From positions 1 to 41,785 of the forward strand of contig DVOC01000025.1 of NCBI GenBank assembly GCA_018713905.1: 41,785 bases of DNA, given 5' to 3'. The notes under the pieces were generated by a model that worked only from the letters and a program-made list of their open reading frames with translations, was not told the origin of the DNA and made no database searches. The stretch comes from Candidatus Fimimonas merdipullorum. Its GTDB lineage: Bacteria > Bacillota > Clostridia > Christensenellales > CAG-314. Made by a program: the position numbers and the translations under genes. The number at the start of each line of letters is the position of its first letter. The stretch's first letter is position 1. Positions 16,807 to 26,844 of this stretch are shown piece after piece.

Positions 16807-17919
16807 ATGAAAGTGGCGATTTTCGGGGGCACCTTCAATCCTCCGCACAACACCCATGTCAAAATTGCCCGCGCCGCCGCGGAAATATGCGACAAACTTA
16901 TAGTTATGCCCTGCGGCATACCGCCCCACAAAAGCTGCGACGTGGACGCAGAGGTGCGCCTGCGTCTTGCCCGTCTGGCTTTTCCCTTCGCCTGCGTTTC
17001 CAACAGCGAAATAAAAAAGCAGGGCAAAAGCTACACGGTGGAAACGCTGCGGGAAATAAAGGAGCAATACCCCTCGGCGCAGCTGCTTTTGGTGATAGGC
17101 GGCGACAGTCTGCGCGACTTTGACGGTTGGTACCGTCCCGACGAAATATGCCGTCTTGCCACCCTTGTCGTGGCGCACCGCAGTCACAAAACCTTTGAAA
17201 AGACGGTGGAGCACGTAAAACGCAAGTACGGCGCGCAGGTGGTGTTTCTGGACGTACAGCCGGACGACGTCAGTTCTACGGAAATTCGGCTGCGCTGTCA
17301 GTTCGGGCTGGACAACCCCTCTTTGCCTGCGGAGGTGGCTCGGTATATAGAGCAAAACCACCTTTACCAAAAATTCCTGCCCATGACGCAGAAGGTGAAA
17401 GAGTACCTTACCGACGAAAGATTCCGCCACACCTTTTACGTGGTGAAACGCGGCATGGAGCTGGCGGAAAAGCAAAAGCTTTCGCCCGAAGACCAAGACA
17501 AGGTTTTCGTCGCCTGCCTGCTTCACGACTGCGCAAAGTACGTTCCGCCCGAAAGATACGGCGACTACGGCTTTGAAAAACCCGCCGACATGCCGCCGCC
17601 GGTGGTGCATTCCTTTTTGGGCGCTTTGGTGGCAAAGCGGGATTTCGGCATAACCGACGAGGAAATCCTTTCGGCGATCGCCTTTCACACGACGGGCTGT
17701 CCGGATATGTCCGTGTTACAAAAAATCGTATACGTAGCCGATAAAACGGAACAAACGCGCCCCTATCCGCTGTCCCACCTGATAAGCGGAAGTCTGGATT
17801 GTCAGCTTAAAAAGTGTCTTTGGGAGGCAAACGGCTACACGCAAAAAACGCAGAAAAAAAATATTTACCCGCTTTCGCTCAAAACGTTGGAATTTTACTT
17901 TCCAAATTCCGTCAAGTAG
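16807..17919 (+). CDS. nadD: Bifunctional nicotinate-nucleotide adenylyltransferase NadD / HD-domain Ap4A hydrolase YqeK fusion
   Basis: GGTFNPPH, PPHK, SYTVETL, IGGDS, VSSTEIR; then RFRH, LLHDCAK, VVHSFLGA, AIAFHTTG, YVADKTE (YqeK motifs). Confidence 0.93.
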   Translation: MKVAIFGGTFNPPHNTHVKIARAAAEICDKLIVMPCGIPPHKSCDVDAEVRLRLARLAFPFACVSNSEIKKQGKSYTVETLREIKEQYPSAQLLLVIGGDSLRDFDGWYRPDEICRLATLVVAHRSHKTFEKTVEHVKRKYGAQVVFLDVQPDDVSSTEIRLRCQFGLDNPSLPAEVARYIEQNHLYQKFLPMTQKVKEYLTDERFRHTFYVVKRGMELAEKQKLSPEDQDKVFVACLLHDCAKYVPPERYGDYGFEKPADMPPPVVHSFLGALVAKRDFGITDEEILSAIAFHTTGCPDMSVLQKIVYVADKTEQTRPYPLSHLISGSLDCQLKKCLWEANGYTQKTQKKNIYPLSLKTLEFYFPNSVK

Positions 17920-17955
17920 GGTAAAATAGGTTTAACTGATTTTTGGGAGAAAAAT

Positions 17956-18294
17956 ATGAACGATACTGTAAAGACAATTTGCAAAACGCTTGCGGAAAAA
18001 TCCGCAGAGGATATCAGAGTGATAGAGGTGCGCGGCGTAAGCGACATCACCGACTACTTCGTGGTGTGCTCGGGGCGCAGCGCCCCGCAGGTCAAGGCGC
18101 TTTGCGAGCACCTTGAAGAAACAATGGAAAAGCAAAACCGCTTTGCTTTGCACAAGGACGGCTTGCGCGAAGGCAAGTGGGTGGCTGTGGACTACGGCGA
18201 CGTGATAGTGCACGTTTTCCACAAGGACGTGCGCAGTGTCTACGCTTTGGACGTGCTGTGGGATCACGGCGGAAACGTCACGAGGTACGAATAA
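17956..18294 (+). CDS. rsfS: Ribosome silencing factor RsfS (Iojap)
   Basis: KSAEDI, DYFVVCSG.S..QVKAL, WVAVDYGDVIVHVF..R..Y.L..LW. Confidence 0.95.
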   Translation: MNDTVKTICKTLAEKSAEDIRVIEVRGVSDITDYFVVCSGRSAPQVKALCEHLEETMEKQNRFALHKDGLREGKWVAVDYGDVIVHVFHKDVRSVYALDVLWDHGGNVTRYE

Positions 18295-18539
18295 TGGTGT
18301 ACCTCACAAAGGGAGTATGCTCCCGTCAGATAAGCTTCGAGGTGACGGAGGGCAAGGTGCACAACGTCAGGTACGTCGGCGGTTGCAACGGCAACACGCA
18401 GGGCGTCGCCGCGCTCGTAGAGGGCATGGCGGTGGAGGAAGCCATAAGGCGGCTGAAAGGCATTCGCTGCGGCAGCAAGCCCACTTCCTGTCCCGACCAG
18501 CTTGCCACGGCGCTGGAAAACTACCTCAAAACAGTTTAG
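18294..18539 (+). CDS. TIGR03905-type TSCPD-domain protein
   Basis: KGVCSRQI, GGCNGN.QG..LVEGM, L.GIRCG.KPTSCPDQLA; start coupled to the rsfS stop (TAATG). Confidence 0.88.
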   Translation: MVYLTKGVCSRQISFEVTEGKVHNVRYVGGCNGNTQGVAALVEGMAVEEAIRRLKGIRCGSKPTSCPDQLATALENYLKTV

Positions 18540-18771
18540 GCACGCATTTTTTGCGCACCTTTTTTTGTGCGGGGAAGCTTTTTAAGTTCCCCGCGTCGGG
18601 GTGTAAAAATTTTTCGCGGCACAAACGGTTTGCCACGCGGTACGTTTCAACCTGCCCCGCATTGTGCGGCTTTTTGCGTGTAAAATATTTGCGCCGAAGG
18701 GCAGAACCTGCAACGGCAAGGCCGCAAAATTTCATATAGCGTGCAAAGGGGCAAAAATCCCGTGAACGCTA

Positions 18772-18800
18772 TTTACAAATATCTTAAAATGTGGTAAACT
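18772..18800 (+). promoter_or_regulatory. SigA promoter of the sua5-rpiB-ntp operon
   Basis: TTTACA, 17 bp, TGnTAAACT. Confidence 0.65.
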
Positions 18801-18855
18801 GCTTTGTGTGCGTGTTTTGCGGCGTTTTTCGCGCCGCGCGCATAAAGGAGTATCA

Positions 18856-19848
18856 TTGGAAACACGTTATCTGCAATTCAACGACGCCCATCTGCGCTGT
18901 GCGGCAGACCTGATCAGAAGGGGCGAATTGGTGGCTTTTCCTACGGAAACGGTGTACGGCTTGGGGTGCGACGCCACCGACGAGCAGGCGGTAAAACGCA
19001 CCTACCTTGCCAAGGGCAGACCGTCGGACAACCCGCTGATAGTGCACGTGTGGAGCAAAGGGCAGATACCCGAGATTGCAAGGGACGTTTCCCCCGACGC
19101 GCAAAAGATAATCGACTGCATAATGCCGGCAAGCATCACGGTGGTGCTGCCCAAAAGAAAAATAATTCCCGACTGCGTCACGGCGGGGCTGAATACGGTG
19201 GCGGTGCGAATGCCCCGCTCGCAGCAGGCGCGCGACTTTTTGCGCTATTGCGACGTTCCCGTTGCCGCCCCCAGCGCCAACACCAGCTCCCGTCCCAGCC
19301 CCACCACGTGGCAGGCTGTAAAGGAAGATATGGACGGCAGGATAGCGGCGGTGCTGTGCGGCAGTCCCTGCGACGTGGGCATCGAGTCCACCGTGGTGGA
19401 TATGTGCGGCGAACAGCCTCTTATTCTGCGCCCCGGTATCGTCACGGCGGATATGCTGGAGGAGCTTTTAGGAAAAAAAGTGCGGGTAGTCACCGATCCC
19501 AAGGAGAAGGTAAATTCTCCCGGGGTGCGCTACAAGCACTATGCGCCCAAGGTCCCCATGGCGTTGGAATTGGAGGGGGACGAACAGAAACTCAAAAATT
19601 TGTACCTCAAATTGCAAGCGGAGGGCAAAAACCCCGTGCTGTTGGTGGAAAATCCGCAAAACTTTCCGGGGTTCAACGTCTACTGCATAGGACAAACGGA
19701 CAGGGAAGTTTCCCGCAATCTGTTTTCCAACCTGCGCGCGCTGGAAAAAAACTACGGCTACATAATAGCAAGTTTTTCCTCCAAGACGGCGTTTGCCCAA
19801 AGCATACTCAACAGACTGGTGCGTTCAGCTTCGCACAACGTGGTGTAA
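18856..19848 (+). CDS. sua5: L-threonylcarbamoyladenylate synthase (Sua5 type)
   Basis: VAFPTETVYGLG, KGRPSDNPLIVH, AVRMP, AAPSAN, GIESTVVD, SPGVRYKHYAP; TTG start after AAGGAG. Confidence 0.95.
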   Translation: METRYLQFNDAHLRCAADLIRRGELVAFPTETVYGLGCDATDEQAVKRTYLAKGRPSDNPLIVHVWSKGQIPEIARDVSPDAQKIIDCIMPASITVVLPKRKIIPDCVTAGLNTVAVRMPRSQQARDFLRYCDVPVAAPSANTSSRPSPTTWQAVKEDMDGRIAAVLCGSPCDVGIESTVVDMCGEQPLILRPGIVTADMLEELLGKKVRVVTDPKEKVNSPGVRYKHYAPKVPMALELEGDEQKLKNLYLKLQAEGKNPVLLVENPQNFPGFNVYCIGQTDREVSRNLFSNLRALEKNYGYIIASFSSKTAFAQSILNRLVRSASHNVV

Positions 19849-19849
19849 T

Positions 19850-20281
19850 ATGAAAATAGCGTTAGCCTGCGACCACGGCGGTTTGCAGCTCAAACAACAC
19901 ATAGCGGAATATCTTCAAGGCAAAGGGGAAAAGGTCGCCGACTTCGGCACCTACACCTCCGACAGCTGCGACTACCCCGATTTTGCCCGTCCCTGCGCCC
20001 AAGCGGTGGCAGCGGGGCAGTGCGACTTGGGCATAGTGGTGTGTACCACCGGCATAGGCGTGTCCATAGTGGCAAACAAGGTAAAGGGTGTGCGGTGTGC
20101 GCTGTGCCTCAACGAGGACATGGCGGAAATGTGCCGCCGTCACAACGACGCCAACGTGCTGGCTTTGGGTCAGAAATACGTAGACTCGGCAAGCGCCGAA
20201 AAAATAGTGGACAGGTTTTTGCATACGTCCTTTGACGGCGGACGTCACAGGACGAGAGTGGACAAAATAGAGAACGTGTGA
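19850..20281 (+). CDS. rpiB: Ribose-5-phosphate isomerase B
   Basis: IALACDHGG, DYPDFA, CTTGIGVSIVANKVKGVRCA, RRHNDANVL, FDGGRH. Confidence 0.95.
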   Translation: MKIALACDHGGLQLKQHIAEYLQGKGEKVADFGTYTSDSCDYPDFARPCAQAVAAGQCDLGIVVCTTGIGVSIVANKVKGVRCALCLNEDMAEMCRRHNDANVLALGQKYVDSASAEKIVDRFLHTSFDGGRHRTRVDKIENV

Positions 20282-20288
20282 GGTAACT

Positions 20289-20594
20289 ATGATAGAAGAA
20301 GTGGTAAAGTCCATTTTAGAGGCGGAGGACAAGGCGGAAAAAATGGTAGAGCAGGCGCGTGTTCAGGCGGGACAGACTGCCGCCGACGCCGAAGCGGAGT
20401 GCGACCGTATAAGAAAGGAAGGCTCCGCCAAGGTCAAGGCGCGCGTGGCGGAGGAATACCGTCTTGCGGCGCAGGCTGCGGAAAAAGCGGCTCGGCAAGA
20501 GGAAGAAAAGCTTGCCGCCGAAGTTGACAGGCAGTGCGGCGAGTACGCCAAAAACGTCGACGCCGCCGTGAAAATTGTGTTGGAGTCTTTGTAA
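20289..20594 (+). CDS. ntpF: V/A-type ATPase peripheral-stalk subunit H/G (NtpF-like)
   Basis: Ala/Glu-rich coiled coil (I.EAE.KAE..VE.A); first gene of the ntp cluster. Confidence 0.8.
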   Translation: MIEEVVKSILEAEDKAEKMVEQARVQAGQTAADAEAECDRIRKEGSAKVKARVAEEYRLAAQAAEKAARQEEEKLAAEVDRQCGEYAKNVDAAVKIVLESL

Positions 20595-22621
20595 TGTCTA
20601 TCGTAAAGATGAAAAAATTCACCTTGCTGGCGGTAAAGTCGGACAAGGAGAATATGTACAACGCGCTTATACGCACCGGCTGCGTGCAGCTTAAACGCAG
20701 CGCGGATATTTGCGACTGCAAGCGGGAAGTGCCGCAAAAGCAGTTGGAAGAATACCGCGTAAAAGCCGCGCGCATAGAGGAAGCGATGGCGTTTCTTCGG
20801 CAGCAGACGGAGTTGTACAATATAAAGAAAGCCAAGGCGGACAGGGCGGAGATACCCAAAAATTCCTTTGCCCGCCCCAAAAAAGAGGTGGACTACGACT
20901 TCTTTTTGGGCTTTGGCAAAAACTCCGCCGAGGTGGAAAGGCAGGCGGACGGGCTGGACGAGGAGGCGCGGCAGCTGTCGGAAACGGATTCGCAGTTGTT
21001 GCAGCTGGATTCGCAGATAGAAAAATATCTGCCCTACGAGGCGTTGCCTCACCCCACCACGTGGTACCGCGACACGGCGACCACGCTGGTGCGGCTGTGT
21101 CAGGTGCACGAATCGGAGTGGGAAAAGGTGTTGCAGCTTGCCGACACGTTCGAGCTGGTGTCCCTGTCGGAAATATGCCGCTACAACAACACTGTGGTGG
21201 CGTGCGCGGCGGTGCACAGGTCGGAAGGGCAGTTTTTGGAGCAGGCCGCGGCGCTGGGCATGGTGAAGGTAACCGTCGCCTGCGACGTACTGCCCAAGGT
21301 AAAGATAAAGGAGCTTGCCGCCCAAAGGGAGCAGCTTGTCGTCCGACGTGAGGAAATAACCAAGCGTATCGTAGACTACGACAGGTTTGTTCCTCAATGG
21401 AAAATGTACGTAGACTACGTGGAACTGTGCGCCAAAAAGGCAGAGGCGGACGGCGACTTGCAGGTGACGGAATGCACCTACGTTATGGAGGGCTATTTCC
21501 CCGCCGAAAAGCAGCAGACGGTGGAAGACGCCATATGCGGCGTTACCGACTGCAACGTCACGGTGTTCGAGGACATAGGCGAGGAGGAGTTTGCTCCCAC
21601 GCTGGTGAAAAACAACCCCGTCACAAGGCAGTTCGAGTTTGTCACCAATATGTACACTCCGCCGGAATACCACGAAATAGATCCCAATCCGGTGATGTCG
21701 GTGTTTTACTTCATCATTTTCGGGCTGATGGTGGCGGACGTGGGGTACGGTCTGGTGCTGCTGGCGGCTGGACTTTTCGCCCACTTTGCCATAAAACAGC
21801 AGACGGGACTGCGCACCATGCTGCAACTGTTCGGCATATGCGGCGTTTCGGCGATAATAGTGGGATTGCTGTTCGGCAGCTGTTTCTCCTACACGATATT
21901 CGATCAGCCTCTCATTCCCGATCCGTCCAAGTACCCCATGGTGATGATGATAATAAGTCTGTTCACCGGGGTGATACACCTTGCCGCCGGAATAGGCTGC
22001 AACATGGCGGTAAAAATAAAGCACAAGCAGGCGCTTTCGGCGTGGCTGACGGATTTCCCGTGGATAATAGTGCTGGTGTCGCTGATACTTGCAATATTCA
22101 ACGGGGCGCTGGACATGGCGGCATATCCCCCTTACGAAAGTCTGCGTCTGCCCGACAAGGTTTCGGAAATAAGTCTTTACGTGTGTCTGGGCTCCCTCGC
22201 GGTGGGCGTAATCTTCGCGGGGCTGGGCACCAAGGGCTTTTTCGGCAAGATATCCAAAAGCTTCGGCAGCGTGTACGGGCTGATAAACTACTTTTCCGAC
22301 ATAATGAGCTACATCCGCGTGTTCGGACTTATGCTCAGCTCCGCCCTTATGGGCGTGGTCATCAACCAGCTGGGGGCGATGGTGTCGGCAGGAGGCGGCA
22401 TAGGCTACCTGTTTGCGGCAATGATATTGGTGTTTGCGCACGTGTTCAACCTTGCAATGGGCATTCTGGGCGTGTATATACACAACGGCAGATTGCAATA
22501 CGTGGAGTTTTTCGGCAAATTCTACACCGGCGACGGACAACTGTTTTTGCCCTTCGGCAGCGACACCAAGTACGTGCTGATGAAAAATAGCGGCAACAAT
22601 GGCGAAAGCCAAAAAATATAA
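20594..22621 (+). CDS. ntpI: V-type ATPase subunit I (a)
   Basis: MSIVKMKK start, PTLVKN, Y..P.Y.EIDP, FGLMVADVGYG, SDIMSYIRVFGL, H.FNL..LG.YIH..RLQYVEFFGKFY.G.G. Confidence 0.95.
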   Translation: MSIVKMKKFTLLAVKSDKENMYNALIRTGCVQLKRSADICDCKREVPQKQLEEYRVKAARIEEAMAFLRQQTELYNIKKAKADRAEIPKNSFARPKKEVDYDFFLGFGKNSAEVERQADGLDEEARQLSETDSQLLQLDSQIEKYLPYEALPHPTTWYRDTATTLVRLCQVHESEWEKVLQLADTFELVSLSEICRYNNTVVACAAVHRSEGQFLEQAAALGMVKVTVACDVLPKVKIKELAAQREQLVVRREEITKRIVDYDRFVPQWKMYVDYVELCAKKAEADGDLQVTECTYVMEGYFPAEKQQTVEDAICGVTDCNVTVFEDIGEEEFAPTLVKNNPVTRQFEFVTNMYTPPEYHEIDPNPVMSVFYFIIFGLMVADVGYGLVLLAAGLFAHFAIKQQTGLRTMLQLFGICGVSAIIVGLLFGSCFSYTIFDQPLIPDPSKYPMVMMIISLFTGVIHLAAGIGCNMAVKIKHKQALSAWLTDFPWIIVLVSLILAIFNGALDMAAYPPYESLRLPDKVSEISLYVCLGSLAVGVIFAGLGTKGFFGKISKSFGSVYGLINYFSDIMSYIRVFGLMLSSALMGVVINQLGAMVSAGGGIGYLFAAMILVFAHVFNLAMGILGVYIHNGRLQYVEFFGKFYTGDGQLFLPFGSDTKYVLMKNSGNNGESQKI

Positions 22622-22650
22622 AACAAAAAAGTTTTTTCGGAGGAAAGAAA

Positions 22651-23202
22651 ATGACAGGTTTGACAATAGGCATTATGGGACTTGCGCTGTGCGCGCTTAT
22701 CTGCGGCGTCGGTTCCGGTCTGGGACTTCGCGCAACGGGCAACGCTTCCGCCGGCGTAATGGCGGAGGATCCCAACAAGTTCAGCAAGATAATCGTGCTG
22801 GCTTTGCTTCCCGCTACGCAGGGTATCTACGGTTTCGTTATAGCCATTCTGGGCGCAAGCTATCTTCCCACCGTCGCCAATCTCGAAGCGGCGGGCGTTA
22901 CGGCAACTGCGGCGCAGATAACCTCGCAGGGCTGGAACGTGTTCTGGGCGTGCGTACCCATGATGTTGGGCGGCGGCATTTCCGCATATTTGCAGGGACT
23001 TACCTCTGCTTCGTCCATAATAGCGGTAGGCAAAAAGGGCGAGATATCTTCCAAGACGCTGATATTCCCCGCCATGATAGAGTTCTACGCTCTGCTTGGT
23101 CTGGTGGTATCCATAATGATGTTCAACAACGTTCCCGTTTCCGCAGTGGGCGACATAGTGATCGACGCGGCGCAGACGGTAACGGCGGCAGTGGGCTTCT
23201 GA
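22651..23202 (+). CDS. ntpK: V-type ATPase subunit K (4-TM proteolipid)
   Basis: LLPATQGIYG, SAYLQG, AMIEFYALL, as in Enterococcus hirae NtpK. Confidence 0.95.
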   Translation: MTGLTIGIMGLALCALICGVGSGLGLRATGNASAGVMAEDPNKFSKIIVLALLPATQGIYGFVIAILGASYLPTVANLEAAGVTATAAQITSQGWNVFWACVPMMLGGGISAYLQGLTSASSIIAVGKKGEISSKTLIFPAMIEFYALLGLVVSIMMFNNVPVSAVGDIVIDAAQTVTAAVGF

Positions 23203-23220
23203 TTTTTCAAGAGGTTCGGC

Positions 23221-23793
23221 ATGAACGGTAATCAAAACATAATCAACAAAATACTGTCCGACGCCGAAGCCAGATGCGCCGAAATAAAAGCTTCGGCACA
23301 GGCTGCCGCGGACGCGGCGGTAAAAAGGGCTATTGCCCAAACGGAGCAGGAAAGCAAAAACGCCGACGCGCGCATTGAAAAAATGCGGGAGGAAAGTCTG
23401 CGCAACGCTATGTCGGCGGCGCAGCTCAACGCAAGGAAGTATGCCTTGCAGCAAAAGCAGAAGATAATTGCCTCCTGCTACGAAAAGGCGTTGCAGCGCA
23501 TGGCGGAAAGTCCCGCCGACAAACGCCGCGAATTTATTGCCAAAATAATAGGGCAGTATGCCGAAAAGGGCGAAAGAGTGTATATTTGCGCGGCGGACAA
23601 GGACGTAGTAACGCAAAAGTTTTTGGACGGCTTTGCGCTTGACCTCACCCTCGGCAAAAAATACCTGAGCGCCAAGGGCGGCGTAGTGCTGGAAGGGGAA
23701 GGGTACGACAAAGACCTTACTCTGGAAAAGCTTGTAGATTACGTTCGCGGCGGCACGGAAGCGCAGGTGGCGCGCGTGCTATTCGGAGAGTAA
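23221..23793 (+). CDS. ntpE: V-type ATPase subunit E
   Basis: IINKILSDAE coiled coil; GGVVL..D.TLE..VA.VLF C-terminus. Confidence 0.9.
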   Translation: MNGNQNIINKILSDAEARCAEIKASAQAAADAAVKRAIAQTEQESKNADARIEKMREESLRNAMSAAQLNARKYALQQKQKIIASCYEKALQRMAESPADKRREFIAKIIGQYAEKGERVYICAADKDVVTQKFLDGFALDLTLGKKYLSAKGGVVLEGEGYDKDLTLEKLVDYVRGGTEAQVARVLFGE

Positions 23794-23794
23794 A

Positions 23795-24748
23795 ATGAAA
23801 GACATTCAATTTTACGCCAACGGCAGACTGGCGGTGCTTTCCACCAAGCTTTTGGGCGCAGACAAGTTTTTGCGCCTGTCGGAATGTAACACCCTTTCGG
23901 AGGCTGTCAAAGTGCTTACGGAAGGGGGCTACGGCGGCGGAGTGACGGTGGAAAACCCCAACGACTACGAAAAGATACTCATGGCGGAAACGGATTCGGC
24001 AATAAGGCTGTTTGCCGAGCTGTGCTACGATAAATACGCAGTGAAGTACTTTTTGTGCAGGTACGTCTGTCACAACGTAAAGGTGCTTATGAAGCGCAAA
24101 TATATGCGCGTAGAGGGCGTCGACGACTGCTTCGGCTGCGTCGGGCAGGATCTGCCCGCCTTGCAGCAACAGCTGGTAAAGGACGACTATTCCGCCCTGT
24201 CCAAAAACTTGGCGGCGGCGTGCCACGAGGTGGACGTTTTGTTTGCCGACGGCAACAGAAGTCCGCAGGCGGTGGACGTCGTCATCGACAAGGCGATGTT
24301 TGCCGACATGGCGGCGTATGCAAAAAAAAGTCGCTTAAAGCTGGTGCGCGAGCTTAACGAAAGCCTTGCGGACACCACAAACCTTATGCTGCTTTGTCGT
24401 CTTAAAAAGGCGGGGGCAAAACCGCAGGGCTTTGCGCAAGGGGGCAGCATATCGGCAGAAACGCTGCAAAAGCTGTTTGACAACGACGGCGTCGCGGCGG
24501 ATCTCAAACAGCCGTACAAAGATTTTTACGCGCTGTGCACGTCGGAACAAGGTCTTGCGGCTGCGGAGAGGGAACAAAAGAGGCTGCGTAACGCTTTGGT
24601 GCGGAAATACGCCGACTTTTCCACCATTCAGCCGGCGGTGGAGTACTTCTTCAAAAAGACGGAGGAAACGGACAAGGTGCGCATGGTGCTGATAAGCGTC
24701 AAAAACGGCGTGGAAAAGGACAAGATAAAGAGCCTCATTGCGGGATAG
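23795..24748 (+). CDS. ntpC: V-type ATPase subunit C (d)
   Basis: YANGRL..L..KLL, HNVKVLMK, D.TNL, YF.KK.EE..VRM; position in operon. Confidence 0.88.
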   Translation: MKDIQFYANGRLAVLSTKLLGADKFLRLSECNTLSEAVKVLTEGGYGGGVTVENPNDYEKILMAETDSAIRLFAELCYDKYAVKYFLCRYVCHNVKVLMKRKYMRVEGVDDCFGCVGQDLPALQQQLVKDDYSALSKNLAAACHEVDVLFADGNRSPQAVDVVIDKAMFADMAAYAKKSRLKLVRELNESLADTTNLMLLCRLKKAGAKPQGFAQGGSISAETLQKLFDNDGVAADLKQPYKDFYALCTSEQGLAAAEREQKRLRNALVRKYADFSTIQPAVEYFFKKTEETDKVRMVLISVKNGVEKDKIKSLIAG

Positions 24749-24757
24749 GAGAAAAAC

Positions 24758-25087
24758 ATGGTAAACAAAATTGCCGTAATAGGCGACAAGGACAGCGTGC
24801 TGGCGTTCAAATCGGTGGGGGTGGAGGTGTTCGACGCAACCACCGCCGCGCAAGCCAAAAATCTTATAAGGCAGCTTTCGGAAGAGCAGTACGCCGTGTT
24901 GTTTCTGGCGGAAAACCTTGCCGAGCAGATACCCGACGTGCTGGCAAAAGCCAAAACGCGGGCGTATCCCGCCATCATTCCCATTCCCACAACGGCAGTT
25001 TCGTCGGGGTTCGGCATGCAGGGCATAAAGAACGACGTGGAAAAAGCCATAGGCGTGGACATCATTTTTAACAAAGAGGACAAGTAA
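24758..25087 (+). CDS. ntpG: V-type ATPase subunit F (NtpG)
   Basis: [34 protein letters not shown]. Confidence 0.93.
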   Translation: MVNKIAVIGDKDSVLAFKSVGVEVFDATTAAQAKNLIRQLSEEQYAVLFLAENLAEQIPDVLAKAKTRAYPAIIPIPTTAVSSGFGMQGIKNDVEKAIGVDIIFNKEDK

Positions 25088-26844
25088 TGACTGGAAAAAT
25101 TGTGAAAGTAAGCGGACCGCTTATCGTTGCGGAAAACCTTGCCGACGTGGAAATGTACGACGTGGTAAAGGTGTCGGAGCAAAAGCTTATCGGCGAAGTG
25201 ATAGAACTGCGCAACGACAGGGCAAGTATTCAGGTCTACGAGGAGACCAGCGGTCTCAAAGTGGGCGATCCCGTCGAGTCCACCGGCGCACCCCTTTCGG
25301 TGGAATTGGGGCCGGGGCTTATAGAAAGTATTTTCGACGGCATACAGCGTCCGTTAAACGTGCTGGCGGAAAAATCCGGCAACCGTATCGAACGGGGCGT
25401 GGAGGTCAACTCTCTTGACAGGGAAAAAGCGTGGCATTTCGTGCCCGCCGTCAAGAAGGGCGAAAGCGTCGGCGCGGGGGACGTGCTGGGCACCGTGCAG
25501 GAAACGAGCGTGGTGCTGCACAAAATAATGGTTCCCGTGGGCGTCGATGGCAAAATTTCCTTTATCGCCGCCGAGGGGGACTACACAGTCACGGAAAAAA
25601 TCGCCGAGGTGGGCGGAAAGGACGTCTGCATGATGCAGAAGTGGCCTGTGCGCCGCGGACGCCCGTACAAATCCAAAATGGCGCCCGACCTGCCCATGGT
25701 CACGGGGCAGAGGGTAATAGACACGCTGTTCCCCATAGCCAAAGGGGGCGTGGCGGCAGTGCCCGGACCTTTCGGCAGCGGCAAGACGGTGGTTCAGCAC
25801 CAGCTGGCAAAGTGGGCGGACGCAGACATAATCGTTTACGTCGGCTGCGGCGAGCGCGGCAACGAAATGACGGACGTTTTGCAGGAGTTCCCTCACCTCA
25901 ACGATCCCAAAACGGGGCAGCCGCTTATGAAGCGCACGGTGCTTATAGCCAACACCTCCGACATGCCGGTGGCGGCGCGTGAAGCAAGCATATACACGGG
26001 CATAACCATAGCGGAGTATTTCCGCGATATGGGCTATACCGTAGCAATAATGGCGGACAGTACCTCCCGTTGGGCGGAGGCGCTGCGCGAGATGAGCGGC
26101 AGATTGGAGGAAATGCCGGGCGAGGAGGGATATCCCGCCTACCTTTCCAGCCGTCTTGCCGAGTTCTACGAAAGGGCGGGCATTGTAAAGGTGCTGGGCA
26201 GCGGCGACGTCACGGGAGCCATCTCCGCCATAGGAGCGGTTTCTCCTCCGGGTGGCGACCTGTCCGAACCGGTTTCGCAGGCAACGCTCAGGATAGTAAA
26301 GGTGTTCTGGGGATTGTCGGCGTCGTTGGCTTACAGGCGTCACTTCCCCGCCATAGACTGGCTTACCAGCTACTCGCTGTACGACGACAAGCTGGACAAC
26401 TGGTATTCGGAAAACGTAGCGGAGGATTTCAATGCGCTTAAAGGTGAGCTGCGCATAGTGTTGCAGGAGGAAAGCCAACTCAACGAGATAGTGCGCCTTG
26501 TAGGCATGGACGCTCTGGGCGCAAAGGACAGGCTGACTATGGAAACGGCAAAGTCCGTCCGCGAGGACTACCTTCACCAGAACGCCTTCCACGAGGTGGA
26601 CACCTACACTTCGCTCAACAAACAGTACCTCATGATGAAGCTGATTCTGGGATTTTATCACGAGGCGACGGAGGCGCTGGACAACGGCGCGGAGCTTGCC
26701 GATCTGCTGGCATTGCCCGTAAGGGAGCAGATAGGCCGCGCCAAGTATATAGAGGAATCTCATCTGGACAGATTCGACGAGATTCAACGCAACATCAAAA
26801 GGCAGATAAGCCAACTTGTAAGCAAGGGTGAAGCAAATGTTTAA
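25087..26844 (+). CDS. ntpA: V-type ATPase catalytic subunit A
   Basis: [10 protein letters not shown] Walker [33 protein letters not shown]. Confidence 0.98.
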   Translation: MTGKIVKVSGPLIVAENLADVEMYDVVKVSEQKLIGEVIELRNDRASIQVYEETSGLKVGDPVESTGAPLSVELGPGLIESIFDGIQRPLNVLAEKSGNRIERGVEVNSLDREKAWHFVPAVKKGESVGAGDVLGTVQETSVVLHKIMVPVGVDGKISFIAAEGDYTVTEKIAEVGGKDVCMMQKWPVRRGRPYKSKMAPDLPMVTGQRVIDTLFPIAKGGVAAVPGPFGSGKTVVQHQLAKWADADIIVYVGCGERGNEMTDVLQEFPHLNDPKTGQPLMKRTVLIANTSDMPVAAREASIYTGITIAEYFRDMGYTVAIMADSTSRWAEALREMSGRLEEMPGEEGYPAYLSSRLAEFYERAGIVKVLGSGDVTGAISAIGAVSPPGGDLSEPVSQATLRIVKVFWGLSASLAYRRHFPAIDWLTSYSLYDDKLDNWYSENVAEDFNALKGELRIVLQEESQLNEIVRLVGMDALGAKDRLTMETAKSVREDYLHQNAFHEVDTYTSLNKQYLMMKLILGFYHEATEALDNGAELADLLALPVREQIGRAKYIEESHLDRFDEIQRNIKRQISQLVSKGEANV

